From assembly GCA_965249555.1 (NCBI GenBank), contig OZ252243.1:1216001-1280000 (forward strand): 64,000 nt of DNA, written 5' to 3'. Source of the DNA: Nitrosopumilus sp. (GTDB lineage: Archaea > Thermoproteota > Nitrososphaeria > Nitrososphaerales > Nitrosopumilaceae). The position numbers and the translations under genes were made by a program. Shown one piece after another: positions 1 through 9,900 of this stretch. Every line of letters begins with the position of its first letter. Within the stretch, counting starts at the first letter, position 1. The notes beneath the pieces are model-generated. The model saw only the letters and a list, made by a program, of their open reading frames with translations, was not told the origin of the DNA and did not search any database.

Positions 1-2
1 TA

Positions 3-440
3 TTTAAAAGTAAACTCAGAGATCCTAAATACGTTGATGATATACTTAATTCTACAAATTTTTCCAAAAATGATATTGAGAGTCTTAAGAATATTAGTGA
101 TGAAAATAAAACTACTTTTATGGATACATTATATGGCACGCTAGAATTTTATATAATTAAGAAACTAACTGACATTCTTGTTAAAAGTATTAAATCTAAT
201 ATCCGAGTAGATTCTGGTACTGAAATTGAGACAAAATTATATGAATATTTTACAGATTTGAAATTTACTATCTACTATCAAGATCTTTTGGGAAATACGT
301 ATGAACCAATTATAAAATTAATACAACTTCGAGATTGTAGAAAAAAATCACAAAAACTTTCTATTATGACTCCAATATTAATTGATGTAGATAATGATAA
401 TTTCTATCAAAATGTAGAGGATATGAAAATAAATGATTAA
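3..440 (+). CDS. Hypothetical protein, 5'-truncated by the window edge
   Basis: The frame of ORF 120..440 is open back to position 3 (FKSKLRDPKYVDD...). It overlaps the next ORF by 8 nt and is very AT-rich. Confidence 0.6.
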   Translation, partial: FKSKLRDPKYVDDILNSTNFSKNDIESLKNISDENKTTFMDTLYGTLEFYIIKKLTDILVKSIKSNIRVDSGTEIETKLYEYFTDLKFTIYYQDLLGNTYEPIIKLIQLRDCRKKSQKLSIMTPILIDVDNDNFYQNVEDMKIND

Positions 441-1353
441 CATCAATCTTAATGATGAATTAGATAAATGGTTTAATGGTATAAAAAAATATTTTGAAGA
501 TTTTAAACCTGAAGCCAAATCTATGAGTATTGACTATCAAAGAAAAAAAGGAATAATTAGTTTTGTTTTAAATGTGCCTTCTGGCTTTCGTAAAAATCAT
601 AATAAAATTAAACTTCCTATTTATGCAGGATACCAAATTATGAGAATGTATGACGAATCATTTAACGATATACACACTAGTTGGGTAATTACTGATGATT
701 ATCTTGTATTTGATGCATCAAAGTTATCTAGTAGTGAATCTTTTTTCATTGAATTAGAAGGAAACTTGAATGATGATATACTTGAGAATTTGGTTTACAT
801 AAAACCATCCATTAATAGAGATAGTGATAATTTATTAGATAAATATTGGTTAGATGCTTCTTTAAGAAATCCAGATATCTTAGAAAAGATTTGGTCCAAT
901 TTTGAGATTAGTGATGTAGATGCTGGAGTTCTGATTGATATTGAAAAATTAATTGGATTACGTATACCTTCCTCTATTAGATCTGGTATGGAATCTTTAA
1001 AAGATTATTTAGCCGCTGCACAACAATTTGATCGAAATAAAATTTTTGTAACTGCACGTAGATATAGTGCATCAAGAAATAAAGTGAAATCTACTGCAAC
1101 TGATTATTATAATCTAATTACTACTTTAATTTCTAAACAAACATTAGGCGATTATCTATATACAGCAAAAAATAATTTTACGTTAGGTAATGTTGAATCA
1201 CCAAAAGATTATAAGGGAATAATACCACAAGATGTTAAAATTCATACATTAACAAGGTTAACATTAAATAAACCACAATCTATTGATACGTTGATATTTA
1301 AAAGAAAAGATTATTTGGATTTTATTGCTAAAGAATTTTCTGAATTTGTATAA
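433..1353 (+). CDS. Hypothetical protein (306 aa), accessory region
   Basis: Long ORF coupled to the upstream gene; no recognisable motif. Confidence 0.7.
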   Translation: MININLNDELDKWFNGIKKYFEDFKPEAKSMSIDYQRKKGIISFVLNVPSGFRKNHNKIKLPIYAGYQIMRMYDESFNDIHTSWVITDDYLVFDASKLSSSESFFIELEGNLNDDILENLVYIKPSINRDSDNLLDKYWLDASLRNPDILEKIWSNFEISDVDAGVLIDIEKLIGLRIPSSIRSGMESLKDYLAAAQQFDRNKIFVTARRYSASRNKVKSTATDYYNLITTLISKQTLGDYLYTAKNNFTLGNVESPKDYKGIIPQDVKIHTLTRLTLNKPQSIDTLIFKRKDYLDFIAKEFSEFV

Positions 1354-1666
1354 TTTGATTTGTACTCTTTAATGTAAATCATGGTCAATTGGATTAACCT
1401 TAAAAAGTCGTGATCACTCATACTAATTATAGCATATAAAAGTATATATTTCCTTTGTTAATTTTTTTGATAAAATAATTAATTATATTGGGTCCAAATT
1501 CACGAATAAAACTATACTGACCCAAATGGCTTAGATCCATTCAAATCATGGAATTGGTCCATTTTATATTATACTTCGTAATAACATACTATATGTCTGA
1601 AGATGACGAAAAACCTGCAAAAGGTGTAACAATCGGTACAAAACCAGTGTTTAAAGAAGAATACAC

Positions 1667-3086
1667 GTATGTATCAAGCACTTAGATGTATTTTATCATC
1701 TCAGGAAACATGTTCAATCCCCTTATTCTCCATGTCTCAAAGCATGTGAGAAAGACTGAGATCATCCTCATGCCCTGATCACTCTTCATCTGCCCGCGAA
1801 CATTCCTCTGCATCACGCACTTTCGAATGGAATTCTCTGCATCATTGTTAGTTGATGGAACATCGCCATCCATGACAAACGTAAACATGTTGTTTCTTGC
1901 AGTCTTTAGCTTCTTGCCAAACTGAACCATCTCTGTATCACCTTTCAAATATCGTGCAATGATACGGTCCAGCTGTTTTAGTAAATCATTCCTGTACGTT
2001 TCCCGCCGTTTTGTATAACGATTACTCACACTCCAAACCCTGGCATGACCTAGCATATCTGAGAATTTCTCATATAGAATCCTGGCCTTTTTGTCTTTTG
2101 ACTTTCTTGCCAGATATTTGGCATCGCGCTGCAGGTGTGCGGTGCATCTCTGCTTTGTGTTATCACAAAATACGGTCCTGTACGGAGCATATCCATCAGA
2201 CACTAGGGTTCCTTTGAATTTTTTCCAGCGCTTTTTTAGAACATTGGCACCTCTGCTGTACTCTAAGGTATACTGTGCCCTAGTCTTGCTTCTTGCAACC
2301 CACATCCATCCATTCTTTCCATCAATTGAAAATCCTGTCTCATCGATTCCAAGAATCTTCTCATTCACGATTTCACTGTGGATGTCATTGTAAAATGGCT
2401 CTAACATCACACTACCGAGGCGAAGAATGGCTTGTATTGTCGTATTGCTGATTTCTAATCCATATCTTTCATAGAGTGTGATTCTGATAGCATCGTATGG
2501 CAATCTCTTTGAGTACAGTGAGATGATCTCGCGTATCACTGAACCACCAAAACATCCATGTGGTGGAAGGTTTCCAGTGGTTTGAAAATTATCAAAACAG
2601 TTCTTGCATATGTATTGATACATGACATGCTCAGTCACATCGTAAGATGTTGGTGGGGGAATCTTGACCATTGACCTTTTGCAGATTTTGGTCTGATGAA
2701 TGTTATCACTGCCGCATTTGGGACATGCATCTGATTTGTGGTATATGGTATTATTTGGTATGAATTTCTGTGTCTTGCCAACGTGTCCTGCTATTCCACC
2801 ACGTCTTGATTTGCCTGACTGTCTGTGTTGTCTTTTTTGCTTTTTTATTCAATGGAATTTTTTGATGGCGGAGAGTGCGCATTCTCATAATATGACAATC
2901 TTTTTTGTAGTTCCTTGTTTGATTCTATGAGATTTTCTATGATTAATTTTAGTTGTTTTATCTTTGCTTGTAGCTGTATGATGATTTTCTCATGACCACA
3001 ACCTGACATGTTTTATATGATGATTTAGTTTATCTTAGATCTTTTTGTGTAATGATATTGATTTGTACGTGAAGGTTGATACATAC
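1667..3086 (-). mobile_element. IS66-family element, single-ORF (ISBst12-like) type, frameshifted copy
   Basis: Termini GTATGTATCAA(1667) and TTGATACATAC(3086); close homolog of 29285-30726 but 22 bp shorter. No matching 8-bp TSD. It truncates a short ORF starting ~1593 (MSEDDEKPAKG...). Confidence 0.9.
1682..3009 (-). pseudogene. IS66 transposase (TnpC-like), frameshifted near 2850
   Basis: DETG, SDGY, QRCTAHL and STNNDAE motifs in ORF 1682..2671; the N-terminus (MSGCGHEK) is in another frame. Confidence 0.88.
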
Positions 3087-3094
3087 TAACTACG

Positions 3095-4023
3095 TGAGAC
3101 TTGGGCATAATGATTTACAAAAAAACCAAAACTTTTCTCTAACAACAAAGCATTCTTTTCACAATCCTTGGATTCTCACTTCCAATTACACAGTTACAAT
3201 ACACTGCCAACTGATACGCCAACACGCAAATCAGCACGAATGATTATATATTCTCAAATCCTTTCACTGGAACTGTTCTAATGCTAAACGTATCCTTGAT
3301 TATCTCAAAGGAACAAGATATGGAAAAATTCGTGAGCGGTTATACGTTCTAATGCTAAACGTATCCTTGATTATCTCAAAGAGTGCTTCAATTGATATTT
3401 TTCTCTGAGAATATAATTTCTGACCAACTGCTGAATTGTAAAACCCTATCAACTTTGTTCTGTCTGGTGTGCGTAGAATGATATTTTTTGACTGGACAGA
3501 TCAATCTCATGGCATTATTCTTAGTTGACTTGTATGGTTTGGAATCATCATATGCAGGATCTCACCATATACTATTCATCAATCCAGAAAGTGACTCTCA
3601 ATTTTTCATATGGCTTGCTATCATGAACATTTGCAGTAGTTACACATGGCAGATAATGGAACCAGTCTTCCTGCACTGCAACTCATGTGTAGTTTGTATC
3701 CATACGCCCAACCCTTTGATTTGGAGAATCCCCACCAGTGTGTTGTCACTTGGAATTCTTATCCATGACTTTACGATGTATAATTACATCATTAGAACAG
3801 CTGAATAGACATATGGCCGTCCCCGTCTCACTGCATTTTCATACAGATATAGTGTTCCAACCAGATACAAAACACCAACAAGAAATGACTCACATAGAAT
3901 ATTGCCAGGGATTTTTATTTGTAATCATTCCAATGAACAAAACATGATGAGATTCTTTGCTTTTTCTATTTGAATAATTTGAGAAATCGGTTAAAAATGA
4001 GAATTGATTATGCCCATGTCTCA
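3095..4023 (-). mobile_element. Decayed IS5/IS982-like DDE insertion sequence
   Basis: 17-bp TIRs TGAGACTTGGGCATAAT / ATTATGCCCATGTCTCA (1 mismatch). Minus-strand fragments GWAYGYKLH, DPAYDDS and RKISIEALFEIIK are broken by stops and frameshifts. Confidence 0.75.
3275..3381. repeat. Perfect 36-bp direct repeat flanking a unique 35-bp insert (repeat-spacer-repeat)
   Basis: GTTCTAATGCTAAACGTATCCTTGATTATCTCAAAG at 3275-3310 and 3346-3381; insert 3311-3345. Confidence 0.95.
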
Positions 4024-4195
4024 GATATCTATCAAAATTTGATTTTCAGCCAATTTTTCTCAAAATCCCCTTTTATTGATTCATTTTTTTCATATCTGAG
4101 ATGATTTCTTACTATATTTTCTACACATTAAAATTAAGTATTACTTAACTTGATATTAGGATTTTTTATGTATATTATCAAAGGAAGAATTAGTC

Positions 4196-5410
4196 TTGGC
4201 TAGAACATCGCTGCAATGTAGGGAATGTAAAAAAGAATACGAGTCTGCTTTCAAGTATATCTGTGATGACTGCTTTGGCCCCCTTGATGTAAAGTATGAT
4301 TTTCCAACAATTACCAAAGATACATTTTCCAACCGTGAGCAGACATATTGGCGATATTTTGAACTATTACCAATAGAGAACAAATCAAGCATTGTAAGTA
4401 TTGGTGCTGGAATGACTCCATTAACAAAAGCAAACAAGCTAGGAGAAAAACTAGGCTTGAAAAATCTTTACATCAAAAATGATTCTGTAAATCCTACGTT
4501 CTCATTCAAAGACAGACCTGCAGGTGTTGCAGTATCAAAAGCAAAAGAATTTGGATTGTCAGCCGTTGGTTGTGCATCTACTGGTAATCTGGCATCAGCT
4601 ACTGCAGCACATGCAGCAAAAGGTGGATTTCCATGCCATGTCTTTGCTCCAAGTGATATTGAAATGGCAAAGATTGCACAGGCATTATCATATGGTGCAA
4701 ATTACATTGCAGTAGATGGAACATATGATGATGCAAACAGAATTGCTGCACAAATTGGCGATTCCAAAGGAATTGGAATTGTAAATATTAACATGCGTTC
4801 TCATTATGTAGAAGGTTCAAAAACTTTAGCGTTTGAAGTTGCAGAACAACTTGATTGGAAAGTACCTGATCAACTAATCATCCCTGTAGGAAGTGGTGCA
4901 ATGCTTAATGCAATCTGTAAAGGATTTGAAGAATTACAAAGTGTTTCGTTACTTGGTGACGTTTCTAACATGCATATGATTGCAGCACAACCACATGGTT
5001 GTGCTCCCATTGTTGATGCATTTAAGAAAAATAGTAATGAAGTAATTCCAGTTGAGCATCCTGATACTGTTGCAAAAAGTTTAGCAATTGGTGATCCTGG
5101 TGATGGTAGATATGTATTGAAACGTTTACAACAGTACAATGGATTTGCAGAAGAAACAAATAACAAAGAAATTCTTGATGCAATTTTACTTCTTGCAAGG
5201 ACAGAGGGAATATTTACAGAACCTGCAGGCGGGGTCTCAATTGCTGTTCTTCAAAAAATGGTAGAACAAGGAAGGATTGATGCAAATGATAAAGTGGTAT
5301 GCTATGTAACTGGAAATGGTCTAAAAGCAACAGAATCAATTATGGAAGTTTTAGAAAAGCCCACAGTAATGAAAGCAGATGTAAAGGAAATATCGGCGGT
5401 AGTAAATTAA
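4196..5410 (+). CDS. thrC: Threonine synthase (PLP fold II)
   Basis: NPTFSFKDR PLP lysine, ASTGN, PVGSG and an N-terminal Zn ribbon. Confidence 0.9.
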   Translation: MARTSLQCRECKKEYESAFKYICDDCFGPLDVKYDFPTITKDTFSNREQTYWRYFELLPIENKSSIVSIGAGMTPLTKANKLGEKLGLKNLYIKNDSVNPTFSFKDRPAGVAVSKAKEFGLSAVGCASTGNLASATAAHAAKGGFPCHVFAPSDIEMAKIAQALSYGANYIAVDGTYDDANRIAAQIGDSKGIGIVNINMRSHYVEGSKTLAFEVAEQLDWKVPDQLIIPVGSGAMLNAICKGFEELQSVSLLGDVSNMHMIAAQPHGCAPIVDAFKKNSNEVIPVEHPDTVAKSLAIGDPGDGRYVLKRLQQYNGFAEETNNKEILDAILLLARTEGIFTEPAGGVSIAVLQKMVEQGRIDANDKVVCYVTGNGLKATESIMEVLEKPTVMKADVKEISAVVN

Positions 5411-6741
5411 TGGCAAATATTACATTCACAATACCTTCTGTTCTAAATCAGGGCGGAGGAGAAAAAAAGACTGAGATTTCAGCTGATTCACTAACCAATG
5501 CATTCGCAAAAATCTCTGAATCAATGGGTGATGACTTTAAGAGAAGAGTTTTAGAAAACGATGGAAAACCGCGCTCATTAATTAATATCTACATTAATGG
5601 AAAAAATGCAAAATTTTCAGATGGTATGGAGACTGTTCTCAAAGATGGAGATGAGATCTACATCCTACCTGCAGTAGCCGGTGGTTCCAAAGAACTATCT
5701 TCTAAGGAACTTGATAGATTTTCACGACAAGTAATGCTTGAAGAGATCGGCTATCAAGGACAATTAAAATTAAAAAATTCTAGAGTTTGTGTTGTTGGAA
5801 CTGGAGGTTTAGGAAATCCAATAACATCAAGACTTGCAGCGATGGGTGTTGGAACTTTACGTATTGTTGATAGAGATGTAATTGAACTATCTAATTTACA
5901 TAGACAGACAATGTTTGATGAAGATGATGTTGGTCAAGTAAAAGTAGAAGTTGCTGCAAAAAAATTACAGAAACTAAATCCTGATTGTAAAATAGAGGCA
6001 CTAGCAGTTTCTGTAAATGACTATACTGCACTTGAAGTTATTGAAGGATGTGATGTTGTAATTGATGCACTTGATAGTGTCAATGCTAGGTATGCGTTAA
6101 ACAAAGCATGTGTTCAATCTAATATTCCATTTGTAACAGGAGCTGCAGTTGGAGTTTCAGGACAGGCATTCACAGTTTTACCGAAACAAAGTGCATGTTA
6201 TTTTTGCATGTTTCCTGAATTAAATGAAGACGCAATGCCAACATGTAGTGTTGAAGGAGTACATCCATCAATACTTTCAATTGTTGGAGGAATTGAAGTT
6301 GCAGAAGCTGTAAAAATTATTATTGGAAAAAAACCCAGTCTGTCTGAAAGAATTTTACATATTGATTTAGAAAATCTTGACTTTAACAGTACAAGAACAT
6401 TCAGAGCTGATGAATGTCCAATCTGTGGAACAGGTAACCTTGAAGTTGTACCAAAAGAAGAATTAATTCTAGAGGAATTGTGTGGACGAAATCGTGGCAA
6501 GCGAACTTATTCGATTACTCCAACTGAAACATTTGATCTTGATGTAAACGGTGTCACTGCAATTGCAAAAGAAAAGGGATTCATAATTGAGAATCAAGGT
6601 ACTCTGGGATTATCCATGAGAACAAATGATCTCTCTGTTAGTTTTATGAAAAAGGGATCTGCTGTTGTGGTAGGCTCAAAAGATGAGGCTGATGCAATAG
6701 CATTGTACAAAAGTCTCCTTGGTAAAGAGATCAGGGCGTAA
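5410..6741 (+). CDS. MoaD/ThiS (SAMP-like) ubiquitin-like domain fused to a ThiF/MoeB E1-like enzyme
   Basis: Likely start ATG 5410. Beta-grasp domain ending PAVAGG, then RFSRQ, VGTGGLG, SNLHRQ, CYFC, PTC and CPIC. Confidence 0.9.
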   Translation: MANITFTIPSVLNQGGGEKKTEISADSLTNAFAKISESMGDDFKRRVLENDGKPRSLINIYINGKNAKFSDGMETVLKDGDEIYILPAVAGGSKELSSKELDRFSRQVMLEEIGYQGQLKLKNSRVCVVGTGGLGNPITSRLAAMGVGTLRIVDRDVIELSNLHRQTMFDEDDVGQVKVEVAAKKLQKLNPDCKIEALAVSVNDYTALEVIEGCDVVIDALDSVNARYALNKACVQSNIPFVTGAAVGVSGQAFTVLPKQSACYFCMFPELNEDAMPTCSVEGVHPSILSIVGGIEVAEAVKIIIGKKPSLSERILHIDLENLDFNSTRTFRADECPICGTGNLEVVPKEELILEELCGRNRGKRTYSITPTETFDLDVNGVTAIAKEKGFIIENQGTLGLSMRTNDLSVSFMKKGSAVVVGSKDEADAIALYKSLLGKEIRA

Positions 6742-6900
6742 AATAGGCTGTAAAAATTTCATAAATTATATGAAAAATATGAAAAATTTAAAGATCAAAC
6801 AGTAGATAAAGAGGTAAAATATGATTTTTATAACCAAGTTTTATAATATTTTTATAAAAATCTGGAATTTCTTACAAAATCGCAAGATTTTCCCAAATTG

Positions 6901-6928
6901 TGGACAAATCGTCCATTAGGCTTAAATA
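6901..6928 (+). promoter_or_regulatory. S-layer promoter: TATA box with an upstream palindrome
   Basis: CTTAAATA at 6921-6928 is 27 nt before ATG 6956 (leaderless spacing). The palindrome TGGAC-AAATC-GTCCA is at 6901-6915. Confidence 0.5.
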
Positions 6929-6955
6929 CAAATTCTAAAGAAAATTATCAATAAC

Positions 6956-9900
6956 ATGAATAACGAATTAGGACGAAAAATAACTAGTCTTACATTAATG
7001 ACAATTATGGTCGCCGGTGGTATGACATTTGCATTCCCTGGCTTTATGCCAGTTGCACATGCAGCCAACCCCGACCTATTTGTCTCCGCAGAAAGCTCAG
7101 TCTTTGAAAATTACATGTCAGGACCTCAAGTCATTGAGGTTATAGTCAGTGACCCAGGTCTTACTGATACAGATGAAGCAAAAGGTGAACCAACCGTTAC
7201 CGTTGGAGGCGATGAACTTAGAATGGTTCAAGGCACTGATGGTAAATGGTATGCTTACTTTGCAGACAGAACTCAAGCATTTATTGCAGACTCTACCACA
7301 GAAGACGTTGTAAACGAAGGATTAAACTTCGGTAACTTTTGTGGAGCAAATTCTGACATATTTTCAAGTGTTCCTAACGCCATACTATTCAGTGAAACTT
7401 CAGGTGTCGCTATTCCAGTCAATCAATTGGTTGGAGCAACAAATGGTACCGATGCACAAACTGCATTAACAGATTGTACTGCATTCGGTCCAAACCTTGC
7501 ACTTCATGGCACAGCTGCAGAAAACGTGATTAGAGAAGCAGAAGATGTAAACACATCCATCTCAGGTAACATAGGACAAATTGGTCTTGTAAATACAGAC
7601 ATTTGGCCTTTCATTCAACTTTATGACATCAACCCAACTGGTAACATTGATGTATTTTATGACAAAGGTGGTGATCCTCAAACGGTTAGACTAACTTTTG
7701 ACACAGTAGATCAATTAGCAGCAACTGGATTAGACAAAGATAGAACAATCTATCCTCAAGGTGCTGAAGTACACGTTACTATTACTGATACTTGGCTAAA
7801 CATTGATCCAACTGACGAAGATTCTTGGACATTTGGTACACTTGCAGGTTCTGCATCTACCAATTATCAAGTCTTTGACGAAAGTGGTGGTCTAGCAGGT
7901 GCAAACGTTGTAAATGGTGTAATCGATATCTCAGGTGAATTATCAACTATGATGATCGGAGATAACGGTATCTTACTTGTTGATCTTGACGCACAATCAG
8001 TAGAGCAAGATGTCTTAATACTTCAAGACAATGATGACTCTAGAATTACTTGTGAAATGCCCCAAGATGCATCTACTTGTAAAATTGATGGTGACAGTAC
8101 GGCTGTAATCAGTCAACCAGTTACCATCACTGAAAGTGCACCAAACTCTGGTGTATTTGAAACATTTGACAACGGCGATACTTCTATATTCGCAATTTCA
8201 GACAAGGCTAAACAAGGCACAACTGGAACCATCGATTATAACGCAAGTCCCGTCTCTATCGAAACAGATTTCTCATATGGGTCGGTTGACATTAAAGCAG
8301 TCGATGATGAATGGAATTCTGGTGAAGAGATTCCCGTTGAAGTAGTTGATGCAGATCAAAACAGAAACAGTAGAGTAGATGAGGATCTAATAGTATCTGA
8401 TCCAAATATAACAATCATTCCAGCATTAACTACTGGTGATCCATTTACACTTGGTGAAGCAGGAACAGGTGGCATTAATGACATTGATCAGCAAGCACTA
8501 TACGTTGCATGGCCTGGTCTCACAAGTTTTGGTAACTTTACTATGCTCGGTACTAATAACCTCAATGCTACTGCAACAATATCTGTTGATAGCTTTAGTG
8601 AAAGAGCACTCATCACAAACATGACCGCTGTAGATAATGGTGATACTAATTATACTACTGCATTGATCATTGACTTAGCTACTAAATTCTCTGACTTGAC
8701 AAGTACGATCACTGATGAAACTTCATTTACTGGATTTAACCTCTTAAACGTAGATTTGAGAAGTTTATCCGCCACACGCACCTATGATGTTTACTTATTG
8801 AATACAACTGACACCACTGATGGTATTATTCTAAATGTTGTTGGTTTAATCAATGGTGCAAAAGAAATAGGTGCTACTCTACTCGTTGACAGTGTTGATG
8901 CACAAAGCCTCACACTCTTAAGCAGCAATGCTAATGATGCAATATTCAATGGTAACACCCCTGGTACCAATTCAATTGGTCTTGCTATTGTTACAAATAA
9001 TAACAAAACAATATCTGGCAACACCCTTGTTGATGTTAATCCAATCGTAGTAGACTTCTTCTCATTCGGCTTTAGTGATGATGGTGTGCAAGCATCCGAA
9101 AGGATTGCAAACCAAATCATCAGAATTGAAGTTGAAGAATCAGGTGACAACACAGGTGTCTTTGTAGGATCCCTTGAGTATGTCATGGTTAACCAACTAA
9201 ACATCATGGATAAGAATACCTACTTAGGTATCGCTCCAATCGCTGATGATCCATCATTCATTGTAATTGAGGATCTCACTGATGAAGATGCACCACAAGT
9301 TTCATATCTTGATATAGATCAAGAAGGTGAAGCTACAACCGTATCTGATAGAGAAGCAGCTCCAAGTCATTCAGGTGTTGTATCATTGAATCAAGATTCA
9401 TACAAGATTGCTGACACTGTAATTATTACTCTCGAAGACGTAGATCTTAACGTAGACTCTAGTCTTACCGATGTTTACACTGTTGTCGCCACAAACGACG
9501 CTGATGTAGATAACGACCAAGTAGGAAAAGATGTCGATAGTGACCTAGAGACTTTCTCATTTGGTTCTCAAGGCAGATTACTTGATGTTACATTTGACGA
9601 CGCTAAATGGACAGATGAAGATGCTTGTAATCCTGGAGGCTTTGATGGCCTTGCAGATACCGGATTCACACTAAAAGAAACCGGTCCAGCAACAGGTGTA
9701 TTTGAAGGCAGCTTCTTAATCCAAGCAGATTGGTGTAGACCAGATGGAAAATCAGATACAACAGGAATTCCAGAAACCACAACCGGACTTGATATCGAAG
9801 TCAACTATGTTGACTATAGAGATGCATCTGGTGAAATTATAGAAGTTGGTGACTCTGCAGGCGTACGCGCAAACACAGGCTCAGTAAGTCTTGACAGAAC

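Noticed and set aside
3273-3286. CTGTTCTAATGCT resembles the predicted bridge-RNA target
   Set aside because: The left part is off by one base, no element is inserted there, and a chance match is likely.
3275-3381. Calling this or 52457-52567 a bona fide CRISPR array
   Set aside because: Only two repeats each, the repeats are host coding sequence, the two sites are unrelated, and no leader or cas genes are nearby.
5299-5409. N-terminal extension of the Ubl-E1 ORF
   Set aside because: It overlaps thrC; ATG 5410 at the thrC stop is the sensible start.
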